Shown: positions 30,047 through 41,328 of the stretch, one piece after another
Layout: the number at the start of each line of letters is the position of its first letter
How positions within the stretch are numbered: the stretch's first letter is position 1
DNA from: Acidobacteriota bacterium
GTDB taxonomy: Bacteria; Acidobacteriota; Terriglobia; Bryobacterales; UBA6623
Length of the DNA: 64,000 nucleotides
Assembly: GCA_027592785.1 (NCBI GenBank)
Contig: JAQCLD010000007.1
Span: forward strand, 7,995-71,994
Direction: 5' to 3'
Translations under genes and position numbers: made by a program
The notes under the pieces: generated by a model
Told to the model about the DNA's origin: nothing
The model's input: the letters and a program-made list of their open reading frames with translations, nothing else
Database searches by the model: none

Positions 30047-30577
30047 ATGACCAAACTAGTAGCCATCATCGCTTCGGCCGCGCTCGCCGGGGTCCTATTC
30101 GCTCAAGGGCCGGAGGGTCGCCGCGGCCGCCAGACGCCCGACGCGCTTATCGCCTATCTGAACCTGAGCGAAACGCAGGTCGCGGCGCTCCAAGAGAACA
30201 GCAAAGCGATGCGCGAGGCGATGCGGGCCGTCATGGAGTCGGCTCGCGACGGGCGCGAAGACGTGCGGGAAGAACTCCAGCAAGACAACCCCAATCCAAC
30301 CATCGTCGGCCAGGCACTGGTCGACGCCCAAGAAACTCGTCAAGCGATCAGCGCCAAGAAGGCGGAGTTCCGAGCCAACGCACTCGCCATATTGACAGCT
30401 GACCAGCAGGCATCGTTGGCGGCCTTACAGCAAGCCCTAGAACTCGCTCCAACCGCGAGGCAAGCGATTGGCGCCAACCTCTTGGAATCGCCCGAAGGCC
30501 AGATGGGTCCTGGAGGCCCCGGTACTCATTTCGGAAGACGGGGAGGTCCCGGCGGCCCTGGACGCGGCCCAAGGTAG
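30047..30577 (+). CDS. Periplasmic Spy/CpxP-family (LTXXQ-motif) protein with Gly/Pro-rich tail
   Basis: Signal peptide MTKLVAIIASAALAGVLFAQG, LTxxQ-type motifs (LSETQVAAL, LTADQQASL), and the tail GPGGPGTHFGRRGGPGGPGRGPR. Confidence 0.65.
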   Translation: MTKLVAIIASAALAGVLFAQGPEGRRGRQTPDALIAYLNLSETQVAALQENSKAMREAMRAVMESARDGREDVREELQQDNPNPTIVGQALVDAQETRQAISAKKAEFRANALAILTADQQASLAALQQALELAPTARQAIGANLLESPEGQMGPGGPGTHFGRRGGPGGPGRGPR

Positions 30578-30600
30578 AGGCCTGAGTTGCGTTCGAATCG

Positions 30601-30633
30601 AGCCCGCGGGCCCTGTCCGCGGGCTTTCATTTC
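30601..30633 (+). terminator. Intrinsic terminator-like hairpin after the Spy/CpxP-like gene
   Basis: agcccgcgg (30601-30609) pairs with ccgcgggct (30617-30625), giving a 9-bp stem and a 7-nt loop, followed by ttcatttc. Confidence 0.45.
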
Positions 30634-31412
30634 TGGTGCCGGGAATCTAGTCCGAGCACGCTCTTGATGGAGAAGGTCCTAGCCTGGCGCTTCGGTCGCG
30701 GGACCTCTATAGGTTGTCCCCAAAGCGCCGCCCAAGGATTATCGATCAGCAAACGCTGGGCCCGCTCCTCTCCCCAGCGATAGACAACCATGCTGAAAGC
30801 TTGCTCGAGGGATGGTTTCCAGCGACTGGCCGAGCGAGCATCCGAGACGATGAAATGGACCAACTCGGCGTCTAACATCGCTGTCGCACACGCCTCGGCG
30901 CCAGTTCCATTGCGGCCAAAAAGCGAATCGGAGCAGACAGCAACCAGAGATCCACGCTTGATCCAGTGACGCACGCGGCGCAAAGCGTTCTGCACTCCCG
31001 TCGAAGTTTCCGGCAACGAAATGATCGCCGTATAACCGCAGTCCCTAATCGCCGTTAAAAGCTTCGCCACTCCCCTCGTGAGCGCTCCGCTCGAGGGTCG
31101 CAACAGTAAGTACCGGCGCGAGTTGATCGAAAAGCGGCTGAGGTCAGGCATCGCCTCCCCAAGGCTCTCATGAGTCAATTCGAGGACGGTGCCCGTGTGC
31201 AGCTGCAATGCGCCGTTCAGTTGCGCCTGCAGCGCCACGGTCTTGGCCTCAATCTCGCCGCGGTCAAAATTAGACTGTGCCGCGCAACTGGGAGTCGCCA
31301 CTAACTCGCGCGTTCCCGACCTTGCGGCTGCGCGGCACATCTCGATTGCCGCGGCCTCATCTACGGCCCCGTCGTCGAGGCCAGGCAGTACGTGTGCCTG
31401 CAGGTCGACCAC
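30627..31412 (-). CDS. CpsB/YwqE-type PHP-domain protein-tyrosine phosphatase
   Basis: N-terminal MVDLQAHVLPGLDDGA, matching the DxHxHxLPGxDDG signature of the CpsB family. Confidence 0.75.
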   Translation of the reverse strand: MVDLQAHVLPGLDDGAVDEAAAIEMCRAAARSGTRELVATPSCAAQSNFDRGEIEAKTVALQAQLNGALQLHTGTVLELTHESLGEAMPDLSRFSINSRRYLLLRPSSGALTRGVAKLLTAIRDCGYTAIISLPETSTGVQNALRRVRHWIKRGSLVAVCSDSLFGRNGTGAEACATAMLDAELVHFIVSDARSASRWKPSLEQAFSMVVYRWGEERAQRLLIDNPWAALWGQPIEVPRPKRQARTFSIKSVLGLDSRHQK

Positions 31413-31418
31413 GCGACG

Positions 31419-32537
31419 TTACCCGACGCCAACCCAGGTTCTGCTCGCGGCGGCCTTCTCGATGGCATCGAGCACCTGCTGGTTTCGAACGCCGTCTTCG
31501 AAGTCGGGCTTCACGTCCGTCGAAGAGCCCAGCGACATCACAAAATCGTAGACGCTGTGCGTGAAGCTGTGTTCGTAGCCAATGATGTGTCCGTCAGGCC
31601 ACCAATGCCCGCCGTAAGGGTGAACATCGTCGCAACAGATAATCGTGCGGAATCCTTGCGCGTCACGATCGTCGTCGACCGAGAAATACTGGAGGCGGTT
31701 GAGGTCCTCCAGATCAAAGACTACAGACCCCTTCGAACCGTTGATCTCAAACGTATTCTGGTTCTTCCTGCCGGCCGCGAAGCGAGTGGCCTCAAGAGTA
31801 CCGATTGCGCCCTGTTCAAATCGAATGCAGGCCGCAAAGGCATCGTCCACTGTCACCGGTTGCGAGCCGCTGCCGTCTAGCGCGGGCCGCTCCTTGATGA
31901 ACGTCTCGGTGATTGCCGAGACATCGCGTATTTCGCCGCAAAGATAGCGGCCGAGGTCGAGGATGTGGGCCCCCAAATCTCCCAAGGCGCCGGAGCCGGA
32001 AGCCTCTTTGTCGAAGCGCCATAACCGCGGCAGATCTTCCGACATCGCCCAGTCCTGCAGGTAGCGCGCCCGGAAGTGGAAGATCTTTCCGAGCCGACCG
32101 TCTTCAATAAACCGCTTCGCCAAACTCACGGCAGGTACCCGCCGGTAGTTGTGCATGAGGAAGTTCTTCACGCCCGCAGCCTTCACTGCATCCAACATCT
32201 GTCCCGCCTCAGTTGTTGTGTTCGCCAGCGGCTTTTCACAGATGATGTGTTTGCCCTGCTTTGCAGCTTCCAAGGCCATCGCGCAATGCAGGTGACCGGG
32301 CGTGGCTATATCCACCAGGTCGATGTCCTTGCGCGCCATGACGGCCTTCCAGTCCGTGGACGCCTCCTGCCAGCCGAATGCCGAGCGAGCCGATTCGGTC
32401 TCCTCAGGATTGCGTCCGACGATGACGGCCATCTCGATCTGAGGCGCGTCCGGGAAGAACTTATTGACGTTCCTATACGCCTGGCTATGGGCCTTGCCCA
32501 TGAACTTGGTTCCGAACAGCGCTACACGAATTGCCAT
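31419..32537 (-). CDS. Gfo/Idh/MocA-family NAD(P)-dependent oxidoreductase
   Basis: N-terminal Rossmann fold IRVALFGTKFMGKAHS and EKP motif (ICEKPLA). Confidence 0.85.
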   Translation of the reverse strand: MAIRVALFGTKFMGKAHSQAYRNVNKFFPDAPQIEMAVIVGRNPEETESARSAFGWQEASTDWKAVMARKDIDLVDIATPGHLHCAMALEAAKQGKHIICEKPLANTTTEAGQMLDAVKAAGVKNFLMHNYRRVPAVSLAKRFIEDGRLGKIFHFRARYLQDWAMSEDLPRLWRFDKEASGSGALGDLGAHILDLGRYLCGEIRDVSAITETFIKERPALDGSGSQPVTVDDAFAACIRFEQGAIGTLEATRFAAGRKNQNTFEINGSKGSVVFDLEDLNRLQYFSVDDDRDAQGFRTIICCDDVHPYGGHWWPDGHIIGYEHSFTHSVYDFVMSLGSSTDVKPDFEDGVRNQQVLDAIEKAAASRTWVGVG

Positions 32538-32587
32538 CGCGGTCTAATTCTCCAGGTCTTTTTTGACGGGTCCAATCGGACAAAGGG

Positions 32588-33100
32588 CTAGATGAACATC
32601 TCTTCGTCGCTCGTCACCCGGTCAGGAGTCGGCCTACGAGACGTGCCGGATAGATGCTCAAGCACCGCAGTCACTGCGGAGACAACCCCGCGGACCTGCC
32701 GTATGGGTTCCAGGATCGTCTTCTGCACAATTTCTGTCGTCTCGTTCACCCGCCGAAGGGTCATCTCGACGCCGCCGTCGACCCGCTCCGCCTGCAGGCG
32801 TGCCGTTTGGGAGAGATCGTCCAGTAGACTTTCGACGGTGGCCATCTGCTTGCGGCCCGACGCGGTGAGATCCTTCACGTCAACAAGGATCTCTTTGGTC
32901 TGATCTCGGGTCTCGTCTAGAGTCTTGCGCGCCGATTCCGCCAGCGGCTCCAGCTTGTCCATAAACGAGATCGCACGCGTGCGCATCAGCTTCGAGGAGC
33001 GATACATCCCGAAAACCATGCCTGCCATCGCGACCAATGAGATCGCCGCCACGCCCGTAAACGCAGCCATCGTGTAGAGCAGCAGTAATTCTCGATCCAT
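32588..33100 (-). CDS. Membrane-anchored coiled-coil protein, DUF948-like
   Basis: One N-terminal TM helix (AAFTGVAAISLVAMAGMVFG) followed by a long helical region. Adjacent to a YtxH-like gene, a pairing I recall from Gram-positive bacteria. Confidence 0.5.
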   Translation of the reverse strand: MDRELLLLYTMAAFTGVAAISLVAMAGMVFGMYRSSKLMRTRAISFMDKLEPLAESARKTLDETRDQTKEILVDVKDLTASGRKQMATVESLLDDLSQTARLQAERVDGGVEMTLRRVNETTEIVQKTILEPIRQVRGVVSAVTAVLEHLSGTSRRPTPDRVTSDEEMFI

Positions 33101-33127
33101 CTTCGGAAGTCTGTCTACCTATCGGGA

Positions 33128-33547
33128 CTATGCCTCGGAGGCCTCTGCCGAATCGGCCGCCGGCTCGGAGCCGGTGACCGTAGCCTCGCGGTATGCCTTG
33201 CGGCCAGCCTCAAGGGCGGCAGCCAACTGACCCCGTTGCGTCTCAACAGCGCCGCGGCCTTTCTGCACCACTTCCTCGGCCTTTTCCTTCAGTTCCGTGC
33301 TTCGCTCACGGACGTACTCGCGGCCCTCTTCGGACCGCTTCTTCAGATATTCGCGGCTCTCTCCAGCGCGTTCGCGGACGTACTCTTGGCCTTCCCCCGT
33401 CCGCCGACGGACGTACTCGCGGCCTTCGTATGCGCGATTCCGCAGTTCTTCACGAGTTTCCTCGCCGGATCGAGGCGCATAGAGAATGCCCAGCGCGGCT
33501 CCTATACCGAGACCGCAAATAAAGTAAGGAAGTTTTGATTCAGCCAT
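33128..33547 (-). CDS. YtxH-domain protein with 11-residue tandem repeats
   Basis: N-terminus FICGLGIGAALGILYAPRSGEETREEL (YtxH signature), then four copies of an EGREYVRxRxx repeat. Confidence 0.7.
   Translation of the reverse strand: MAESKLPYFICGLGIGAALGILYAPRSGEETREELRNRAYEGREYVRRRTGEGQEYVRERAGESREYLKKRSEEGREYVRERSTELKEKAEEVVQKGRGAVETQRGQLAAALEAGRKAYREATVTGSEPAADSAEASEA
33296..33427 (-). repeat. Four tandem 33-bp (11-aa) repeats inside the YtxH gene
   Basis: EGREYVRRRTG / EGQEYVRERAG / ESREYLKKRSE / EGREYVRERST. At DNA level gacgtactc recurs at about 33310, 33376 and 33409, and the copy near 33343 is degenerate. Confidence 0.8.
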
Positions 33548-33644
33548 GGCTCCAGCCCCTTGTTGGCATTGCTCTAATCAGGCGAACGTACGCTGATAGT
33601 AGCACACCACTTAGGAGATGCCCCACGCGCGGAAATCGTTGCGT

Positions 33645-34085
33645 TTAGGGTTCTTGGATCAGTTCCAACAGGACGCCGCCAGCGCTTGCGGGATGCACAA
33701 ACACATAGCGATAACCGTCCGCTCCCAGGCGAATCTCATCCGCTACCAGCCGCCGTCCCGCAGCCCTCAAACGCTCCACGGACGCTTCCAAATTCTCGAC
33801 CTGAACCGCGATGTGGTGCAGTCCTGGCCCTCGGCGCGCGAGAAACCTCGTAATCGGAGAATCCGCGCCCGTCGCTTCAAGCAGTTCAATGCGGGAGTCG
33901 CCCACCGGCAACATCGCAACGATGACTCCTTCGGACGGAACCTCCGTTCTTAGCGTCGGCGAGACACCCAGTGCGTCGTCGTAGAGCGACAGCGCATCGT
34001 CGATCGACTGAACGGCAATCCCAACATGGTGAATTTTGGGGGACGGCAAGCCTCTATCTTCAGGCGATCGCAATCGGCGAAGCAA
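33645..34085 (-). CDS. mce: Methylmalonyl-CoA epimerase (VOC/glyoxalase fold)
   Basis: KIHHVGIAVQSIDDAL..., IELLE, GPGLHHIAVQVENLEASVERL. Confidence 0.75.
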   Translation of the reverse strand: MLRRLRSPEDRGLPSPKIHHVGIAVQSIDDALSLYDDALGVSPTLRTEVPSEGVIVAMLPVGDSRIELLEATGADSPITRFLARRGPGLHHIAVQVENLEASVERLRAAGRRLVADEIRLGADGYRYVFVHPASAGGVLLELIQEP

Positions 34086-34091
34086 GTCGGC

Positions 34092-35078
34092 CTAGAGTTC
34101 GGGTTGCAAGACCCAAACAGCCGGTTCGGTGTTGCAATCCGCGCACTGCTGCTGGGTAACCAACAGATTCGAACCGACGAAGGTCAGCTCCGCCGGGCGC
34201 ATCCCGATCGCAAGAGCCGCCGCTTGAACAGTATTTCGAGCTCCGCAATCGGGGCCGCAACCGGCGATGGTTCGGATGATGCCGGCGGCGTCAATCACCC
34301 GAATCCGTCCGTTGCCCGTATCCGCGACATAGAGGTTCCCGTCGGCGTCAGCAGCGAGCCCGAGCGGGGCGTTGAGTGTTGCGTCAACTGCCGCGCCTCC
34401 ATCGCCGGAGAACCCTGGCTCGCCTCCACCCGCGATCAGCTCCCTAACGCCCTCAAGCGAAATTCGAAAGATCGCGTGCCGCGTCGTGTCCGCCAGGAAA
34501 TAGGCTCCTGAGGCATCCCTCGCCACGCCCGAGACCGAAGCAATAGCGTTCTCGCCGACTAGGTCTTCAGCGCTAATAATCGATCGCGCGGACCAGCTTG
34601 CGGTCGCCAGCGGCGCTGTCGATCTTGCGGCGACCTGGGGAGTCCCATCGTCATAGATGAGGAAGAATGGCGGCGTCAGGGTCAGGCCGTAACGGACCGG
34701 CAAGAAGAGCGGCAGAGACGCTAGCAACACAAGCAGCAGAACCGCGCCGATCTGTATCTTCGGGTCTTCCGCCGCTTGGAATATCCAGTGGTCGTGTTTG
34801 ACCTTCTTTTGACCGCTGAGAGGTGAAGCGTCGCCGCAGTAAGAACAGTACTTCTTGGAGCCCCGCAGAACGCTGCCGCAACGTCCGCAGTAGTGTTGGA
34901 GGGTCTCCCAATCGGATACCAGGGTGGTCGTGGCAGTGCCGCAGCCGTCGCAGAACTTCCCCTTGTCGACCAGTTCATTCTTGCATTGCCTGCAAGCTGT
35001 CGCCGGCGCGGTTTGTGGTTCCCGAGTGGTCACTCCGTAATTACCCAGCCCGATTCTACTCGGCCTGGGAAGAATCAT
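34092..35078 (-). CDS. Double zinc-ribbon + TM + NHL-repeat protein
   Basis: CRQCKNEL..CDGCG and CGRCGSVL..CSYCG zinc ribbons, TM helix IGAVLLLVLLASLPLFL, and NHL-like LNAPLGLAADADGNLYVADTGNGRIRVID. ATG 35078 is preferred because the track start at 35213 overlaps gltD. Confidence 0.65.
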   Translation of the reverse strand: MILPRPSRIGLGNYGVTTREPQTAPATACRQCKNELVDKGKFCDGCGTATTTLVSDWETLQHYCGRCGSVLRGSKKYCSYCGDASPLSGQKKVKHDHWIFQAAEDPKIQIGAVLLLVLLASLPLFLPVRYGLTLTPPFFLIYDDGTPQVAARSTAPLATASWSARSIISAEDLVGENAIASVSGVARDASGAYFLADTTRHAIFRISLEGVRELIAGGGEPGFSGDGGAAVDATLNAPLGLAADADGNLYVADTGNGRIRVIDAAGIIRTIAGCGPDCGARNTVQAAALAIGMRPAELTFVGSNLLVTQQQCADCNTEPAVWVLQPEL

Positions 35079-35131
35079 GGGGTAGAGTAAAAACCCTAAG
35101 ACGCCTGGGCAGAACAGCCCATCACCAGGGT

Positions 35132-36595
35132 TTATGCAGCCGGCAAATCGCTGTGACCCATCAGCTGCTCGTCGACGGCCCGCGCTGCCTTCCGGCCCTC
35201 GGCAATAGCCCATACAACGAGCGATTGACCCCGTCGAACATCTCCCGCTGCGAACACTTTGTCGACCGAAGTGCGGAACGCCCCGAAATCGGCCTGCACG
35301 TTGCCGCGGCCATCGTAATCAACGCCCAGTTGATTCAAGAAACCTTCCTGTACCGGGTGCATGAAGCCCATGGCGAGCAACACCAAGTCGGCGGGGATTT
35401 CGAACTCCGAACCCGCAACTTCCTTCATGCCCGGCCGCCGTCCGCTGACCGGATCAACGTCATCCCAGGCCAGCCGCACCCCTCGCAGGGCCTTGATCTT
35501 GCCGTTTCCGTCCCCGATGAACTCTTTCGTGCTGACCGCGTATTCCCGCGCGTCGCCTTCCACGTGCGAACTCTCGACCTTGAATGTGAACGGCCAAAGC
35601 GGCCACGGCTGAGCTCCTGGCTCATTTCTAGACTCAGGCGGCTTGGGCATCAACTCAAACTGCTTGATGCTCGCGGCTCCCTGCCGCCGAGAGGTTCCCA
35701 AGCAATCCGCGCCCGTGTCGCCGCCGCCGATGATCACAACGTGTTTGCCCTTGGCGGTCAGATCGAACCTTGAATCAACCGCTCGTCCGCCTACTCGCCG
35801 GTTCTGCTGCGGCAAGAAGTCCATCGCAAAGTGAATGCCTTCCAACTCCCTTCCTGGGATCGGCAGATCTCTAGGCTTTTCCGATCCGGTGGCAATGAGT
35901 ACAGCGTCGTACTCGCCCATCAGCTCTTTCGCCCGCACGTCGACTCCGATATGCACTCCGCAACGGATTTCAATCCCCTCGGCTTCCATCTGCTCCACGC
36001 GACGGGTAATGAGATGCTTCTCCATCTTGAAATCGGGGATACCCAGAGCCAATAGCCCGCCAGGAACTTCGTTCTTTTCAAACAACGTGACCGAGTGCCC
36101 AGCTCGATTCAACTGCTGGGACGCCGCCATTCCCGCCGGACCGGACCCGATGACCGCCACCTTCTTGCCCGTCCGAACCGCCGGAGGATTCGGCACAATC
36201 CAACCCTGTTCCCAACCCTTGTCCACAATTGATTTCTCAATCGACTTAATCGTCACTGGATCATCGTTGATGCCCAGAACGCAGGCGGACTCGCACGGCG
36301 CCGGGCAAATGCGCCCTGTAAACTCCGGGAAGTTATTCGTCGAGTGCAGTTCCCGTAGCGCCTCTTGCCATCGTCCGTGGTAAACCAGGTCGTTCCAGTC
36401 CGGGATGATGTTGTTAATCGGACAGCCTGTATGACAAAACGGAATCCCACAGTCCATGCAGCGGGCGCCCTGGTCCTTCAAGACGCTCTCTGGCGTCGGC
36501 TCATAGACCTCGTTCCAGTCTTTAATACGAACGAGCACGTCGCGGCCCTTTGGGACCTCACGTGCGTACTCCATGAATCCTGTAGCTTTACCCAT
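35132..36595 (-). CDS. gltD: Glutamate synthase small subunit (NADPH)
   Basis: Fe-S Cys cluster region ([12 protein letters not shown]) and FAD/NAD loops [12 protein letters not shown] and [12 protein letters not shown]. Confidence 0.9.
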   Translation of the reverse strand: MGKATGFMEYAREVPKGRDVLVRIKDWNEVYEPTPESVLKDQGARCMDCGIPFCHTGCPINNIIPDWNDLVYHGRWQEALRELHSTNNFPEFTGRICPAPCESACVLGINDDPVTIKSIEKSIVDKGWEQGWIVPNPPAVRTGKKVAVIGSGPAGMAASQQLNRAGHSVTLFEKNEVPGGLLALGIPDFKMEKHLITRRVEQMEAEGIEIRCGVHIGVDVRAKELMGEYDAVLIATGSEKPRDLPIPGRELEGIHFAMDFLPQQNRRVGGRAVDSRFDLTAKGKHVVIIGGGDTGADCLGTSRRQGAASIKQFELMPKPPESRNEPGAQPWPLWPFTFKVESSHVEGDAREYAVSTKEFIGDGNGKIKALRGVRLAWDDVDPVSGRRPGMKEVAGSEFEIPADLVLLAMGFMHPVQEGFLNQLGVDYDGRGNVQADFGAFRTSVDKVFAAGDVRRGQSLVVWAIAEGRKAARAVDEQLMGHSDLPAA

Positions 36596-36632
36596 GTTTA
36601 CTTACCTGCCGTCCGACTCACGCAGCCGGCTA

Positions 36633-39600
36633 TCAGGCCTCGGTTAGTTTCGCTCCGCTCTCGGCCAATGCCCTCTTCAGTTCACGCGGGAACACCTTGA
36701 TGAACTTCGTCGCCATCTGCGCCCAGTGCTCCAAAACCCATTGCCCTTTCGGGCTGCGCGTGTACTCGACATGCCGCTCGATCTGCGATTTCACAAAATC
36801 GACATCGGCTTCGTCGCTTAGCGGATCGAGGTCAACGTTGGCCTTGTAGATGCACCGCTTGGCGAAGTCTCCGTGCTCATCGAGAACGAAGGCGATGCCG
36901 CCCGACATGCCTGCCGCAAAGTTGCGACCGCACTCGCCCAGGATGATGGCGCGGCCGTTCGTCATGTATTCGCAGCCGTGGTCTCCCACGCCTTCAACGA
37001 CCACCGTCGCTCCTGAATTGCGAATACAAAAGCGCTCGCCGGCCATACCGTTCACGTACGCTTCACCGCTCGTGGCGCCATAGAAGGTCACGTTGCCGAT
37101 AATAATGTTTTCTTCAAAGACAAAGCTCGATCCCTCCGGCGGCGCAACGATCAGCTTGCCGCCGGAAAGACCCTTACCGAAGTAGTCATTTGCATCACCA
37201 CGCACGGACAATGTCATTCCGGCCGACGCCCAGGCTCCAAAGCTCTGGCCGGCCGCACCTTCGAAGTCGATCCAGATCGCGTCTTCCGAAAGTCCTTCGG
37301 CCCCGTGCTTGCGCGCGATCTCCGCTGAAAGCATCGTACCGACGGTGCGATTCGTGTTCTTGATCTTGTAAGAGAAACGGACCTTTTCGCCCTTATCCAA
37401 GGCCGGCTTTGCCAAGCGAATCAGCTCGTTGTCGATCTGTAACTCAATGCCATGATTCTGGGTGCTCGTGTGCCGACGCGAGATCGAGCGATCGACCGGC
37501 GGATCATAGAATACCCGGCTGAAGTCGAGGCCCTTCGCTTTCCAGTGTTGTATGGCCTGCTTGGTATCCAGCTTGTCGACCCGCCCAATCATCTCGTCAA
37601 ACTTACGGAAGCCCAGCTGCGCCATGATCGTCCGCGTTTCTTCCGCTACAAAGAAAAGGAAGTTGATCACGTCCTCGGGATTGCCTGCGAACTTCTTCCG
37701 TAATTGCTTGTCTTGCGTCGCAATGCCGACAGGACAAGTGTTCAGATGGCACTTACGCATCATGATGCAGCCCATCGCGATTAACGGCATTGTGGCAAAG
37801 CCAAACTCGTCCGCACCTAACAGCGCTCCGATCACGACGTCGCGCCCGGTCTGCAACTTCCCGTCGACCTGAACGCGAATTCTGCCGCGCAGGTCGTTCA
37901 TCACCAGCACTTGCTGCGTCTCAGAAAGTCCCAACTCCCACGGCGTCCCCGCGTATTGGATCGAACTCACCGGGCTGGCCCCTGTGCCGCCGTCGTGGCC
38001 GGCAACCAAGACCAGATCCGCGTGCGCCTTCGAAACGCCCGCTGCGACGGTCCCGATACCGACTTCGCTAACCAACTTCACCGAGACGTTGGCGTTGACG
38101 TTCGCGTTTTTGAGATCGAAGATCAGCTGCCCCAAGTCTTCGATCGAGTAAATGTCATGGTGCGGTGGGGGCGAGATCAGGCCCACGCCCGGCGTCGAGT
38201 GGCGCAGCCAGGCGATCGTTTCGTCCACCTTATGCCCCGGCAGCTGTCCGCCCTCGCCTGGCTTGGCTCCCTGCGAAATCTTGATCTGCAGCTCGTCGGC
38301 GTTGACCAAGTAGTGCGACGTGACGCCAAACCGTCCCGAAGCGACCTGCTTGATCGCCGAACGTCTGCTGTCGCCATTGGCATCCGGAATAAAGCGCGCC
38401 GGATCCTCGCCGCCTTCGCCCGTGTTCGATCGCCCGCCGATGCGGTTCATCGCGATCGCCAAGGTCTCATGCGCTTCTTTCGAGATCGACCCGAAACTCA
38501 TCGCGCCGGTGCAAAACCGTTTTACGATTTCGCTAGTGGGCTCTACCTCTTCCAGTGGAATGGGTTCGCTCGCGTACTTGAAATCAAACAGTCCCCTCAG
38601 GGTGCAAAGATCCCGATTGGAGCCGTTGATCGTGTCGGCATACTCTTCGTAAGTCGAGTAGCGGTTCTGCTTAACCGCGTGCTGCAGCTTCGAAACCGTC
38701 TGCGGGTTGAGCAGATGCTTTTCACCGCGCACCCGGAAGTGATACTTGCCGCCGACATCCAAATTGATATCGGAGTCCGTTACCGGCAAATACGCCTGGC
38801 GGTGACGCTCCAAAGTTTCTTGCGCGATCACATCCATCCCGACGCCTTCGATCTGCGAGGCCGTACCCGCAAAGTAACGGTCGATCACGTGCCGGTTGAG
38901 CCCTACGGCCTCAAATATCTGCGCTCCTAGATAAGACTGCACGGTCGAAATGCCCATCTTCGACATGGTCTTGAGCAGACCCTTCCTGATCGCGCCGCGG
39001 TAGTTCTTAATGGCCTTTTCGAGGCTGAGATTCGGCGCAAGCTGATCCGCTCGATGCAAATCCTCCAGGCTCTCGTAAGCCAGGTAGGGGTTGACCGCGT
39101 TGGCGCCGTACCCGATCAGCAAGCAGAAGTGCATGACTTCGCGGGCCTCGCCGGTTTCCACCACGATGCCGACCTTGCCGCGGGTCGCCTTGCGGATCAG
39201 GTAGTGGTGTACCGCCGCCGCCGCCAAAAGGCTCGGGATCGCCGCCGCCTCTTTACCCATTCCCCGATCGGAAAGGATAAGAATGCCGTAGCCAGCGCCG
39301 GCAGCTTCATCGGCCTCTTCGCAGAGCCGCTGCAGCGCCCGTTCCAGTCCCTTCGCACCCTCCGCCGCAGTGAATAACGTCTTCAACGTCTTGGCGCCGA
39401 AACGCATGTTGCCCTGGTCCGGCTCGCCGACTTCGCGCAGCTTCTCCAACTGCTCATTCGTCAGCACAGGCGACTTCGCTCGAACGACATGAGCGTGGCT
39501 TTCCGGCTCGTCAAACAGGTTGCCTTGCGGGCCAATGTACACATAGGTCGACATCACCAGTTCTTCGCGGATCGGATCCACGGCCGGGTTAGTGACCTGC

Positions 39601-41177
39601 GCAAACAGCTGTTTGAAGTAGTTAAAAAGCAGCTGGGACCTATCCGACAGGCACGCCAACGGCACGTCGACACCCATCGATCCGATCGGCTCCATGCCCT
39701 TCTCCGCCATGGGGGCGAGCAGGACTCGGACATCCTCCAAGGTGTAGCCAAATGCCCTCTGCCTTTCAATCAGCGTGTCAAAGTCCGTTGCGCTGACCTG
39801 TTTGGGCGCAGGCATGTCCGATACATCGAGCAGTTGCCTGTCCAGCCATTCCCGGTATGGCTTTCTAGCCGCTAGTTGCCGCTTGATCTCTTCATCGCCG
39901 ATGATTCGTCCCTCGAGCGTATCCACGAGGAACATCCGGCCGGGCTGCAGGCGGCCTTTTTGCCGTACCTGCTCCGGCTCAATTTCGGCGATAACCCCGG
40001 TCTCGGAGGCCAGCACGACCAAGTCATCGTGCGTTACCCAATAGCGGGAAGGTCGCAGGCCATTTCGGTCCAAGTTCCCGCCGACAAATCGGCCATCCGT
40101 AAAGACGATGGACGCCGGTCCGTCCCAGGGCTCCATCATCGTGGCGTGATACTCGTAAAATGCCTTCTTGTCGTCCGGCATGAGGTCGTGAGAACTCCAT
40201 GCCTCGGGGATCAACATCGCTAGCGAGTGCGCCGGCGTCCGGCCGCCCTGAATCAAAACTTCCAGCGCGTTGTCGACCATCGTCGAGTCAGAGCCATCCA
40301 TGTCGATAATCGGCTTTAACTTGCCGATATCGGCGCCGAACAACTCGGACTCCAACGTCGCCTCTCTCGCTCGCATCCAGTTCGCGTTGCCACGGACGGT
40401 ATTGATCTCCCCGTTGTGCGCCAGGTAGCGGAAAGGCTGAGCGCGCTCCCAGGTCGGGAACGTATTCGTTGAAAAGCGCTGATGAACCAAAGCGATAGCC
40501 GACTTGAAGTCCGGATCACTCAGGTCTAGGTAATAGTTCTGGATCTGCGGGGCAATCAACAACCCCTTGTAGACGATGGTCCGGGCCGACATAGTAGCCG
40601 GATAGTAACGCGCTAGTTGCTGCTCAACAGCCGCTGCCCTGGTGCGCTTGCGAATCACATAGAGCTTGCGCTCCCAGCCATCCGCCGACAGGCCTTCGCA
40701 TCCCTCGCCGCGTCCAATAAACACTTGTTCGATAGCCGGCTCAGACTCCCTCGCCAGCCAACCGACTGCCGACGAGTCGACGGGAACCGCGCGCCAGCCC
40801 AAGATCCGTTGACCTTCTTCCTCGACAATCTGCTCGACCATCCCGCGCGCGTGCAGCCGGTCTTCTCTGTCCTTGGACAGAAAGAGCATACCCACGCCGT
40901 ATACGCCTGCCTCAGGAAGCTCAAAGCCAAGTTCCGCGGTCTGTTTTTTGAAGAACTCATGCGGTAGCTGGATCAACAGTCCTGCGCCATCTCCCGTGTC
41001 GGGATCGCAACCGCAGGCGCCGCGATGTTCCAGGTTCATCAGAACTTCGACGCCTTGGTCGATAATCTTGTGGCTTGCACGGCCTTGGATATCGGCGACA
41101 AAGCCAATACCGCACGCGTCATGTTCAAAGCAAGGGTCGTAAAGGCCCTGCTTCGTCGGCAGTCCAAATCGAGACAT
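36633..41177 (-). CDS. gltB: Glutamate synthase large subunit
   Basis: Ntn amidotransferase N-terminus ...[15 protein letters not shown] and GXGXG domains, about 1514 aa. ATG 41177 (MSRFGLP) is preceded by GGGAGA, and the track start at 41255 is an extension. Confidence 0.95.
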   Translation of the reverse strand: MSRFGLPTKQGLYDPCFEHDACGIGFVADIQGRASHKIIDQGVEVLMNLEHRGACGCDPDTGDGAGLLIQLPHEFFKKQTAELGFELPEAGVYGVGMLFLSKDREDRLHARGMVEQIVEEEGQRILGWRAVPVDSSAVGWLARESEPAIEQVFIGRGEGCEGLSADGWERKLYVIRKRTRAAAVEQQLARYYPATMSARTIVYKGLLIAPQIQNYYLDLSDPDFKSAIALVHQRFSTNTFPTWERAQPFRYLAHNGEINTVRGNANWMRAREATLESELFGADIGKLKPIIDMDGSDSTMVDNALEVLIQGGRTPAHSLAMLIPEAWSSHDLMPDDKKAFYEYHATMMEPWDGPASIVFTDGRFVGGNLDRNGLRPSRYWVTHDDLVVLASETGVIAEIEPEQVRQKGRLQPGRMFLVDTLEGRIIGDEEIKRQLAARKPYREWLDRQLLDVSDMPAPKQVSATDFDTLIERQRAFGYTLEDVRVLLAPMAEKGMEPIGSMGVDVPLACLSDRSQLLFNYFKQLFAQVTNPAVDPIREELVMSTYVYIGPQGNLFDEPESHAHVVRAKSPVLTNEQLEKLREVGEPDQGNMRFGAKTLKTLFTAAEGAKGLERALQRLCEEADEAAGAGYGILILSDRGMGKEAAAIPSLLAAAAVHHYLIRKATRGKVGIVVETGEAREVMHFCLLIGYGANAVNPYLAYESLEDLHRADQLAPNLSLEKAIKNYRGAIRKGLLKTMSKMGISTVQSYLGAQIFEAVGLNRHVIDRYFAGTASQIEGVGMDVIAQETLERHRQAYLPVTDSDINLDVGGKYHFRVRGEKHLLNPQTVSKLQHAVKQNRYSTYEEYADTINGSNRDLCTLRGLFDFKYASEPIPLEEVEPTSEIVKRFCTGAMSFGSISKEAHETLAIAMNRIGGRSNTGEGGEDPARFIPDANGDSRRSAIKQVASGRFGVTSHYLVNADELQIKISQGAKPGEGGQLPGHKVDETIAWLRHSTPGVGLISPPPHHDIYSIEDLGQLIFDLKNANVNANVSVKLVSEVGIGTVAAGVSKAHADLVLVAGHDGGTGASPVSSIQYAGTPWELGLSETQQVLVMNDLRGRIRVQVDGKLQTGRDVVIGALLGADEFGFATMPLIAMGCIMMRKCHLNTCPVGIATQDKQLRKKFAGNPEDVINFLFFVAEETRTIMAQLGFRKFDEMIGRVDKLDTKQAIQHWKAKGLDFSRVFYDPPVDRSISRRHTSTQNHGIELQIDNELIRLAKPALDKGEKVRFSYKIKNTNRTVGTMLSAEIARKHGAEGLSEDAIWIDFEGAAGQSFGAWASAGMTLSVRGDANDYFGKGLSGGKLIVAPPEGSSFVFEENIIIGNVTFYGATSGEAYVNGMAGERFCIRNSGATVVVEGVGDHGCEYMTNGRAIILGECGRNFAAGMSGGIAFVLDEHGDFAKRCIYKANVDLDPLSDEADVDFVKSQIERHVEYTRSPKGQWVLEHWAQMATKFIKVFPRELKRALAESGAKLTEA

Positions 41178-41328
41178 ATTCTGTTTTCTCCCAGTCGCGC
41201 TAGCAGCCCGGAATCTACCCCGTCGGTTGTTCCGGAACCGCGGCGGGAATCCCATATTCCCGGCCGCGCTGCAGGGCCAGGCATTCGGAGGAATGCGCGG
41301 TTTTGCTTGATGGAGACTTTAGAGCAAC

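Noticed and set aside
34823-35773. 316-aa + strand ORF spanning the NHL-protein and gltD genes
   Set aside because: It is antisense to two supported genes, and I recognise no motifs.
37911-38930. 339-aa + strand ORF inside gltB
   Set aside because: It is antisense to the strongly supported glutamate synthase large subunit and shows low-complexity Arg-rich translation. High-GC shadow ORF.
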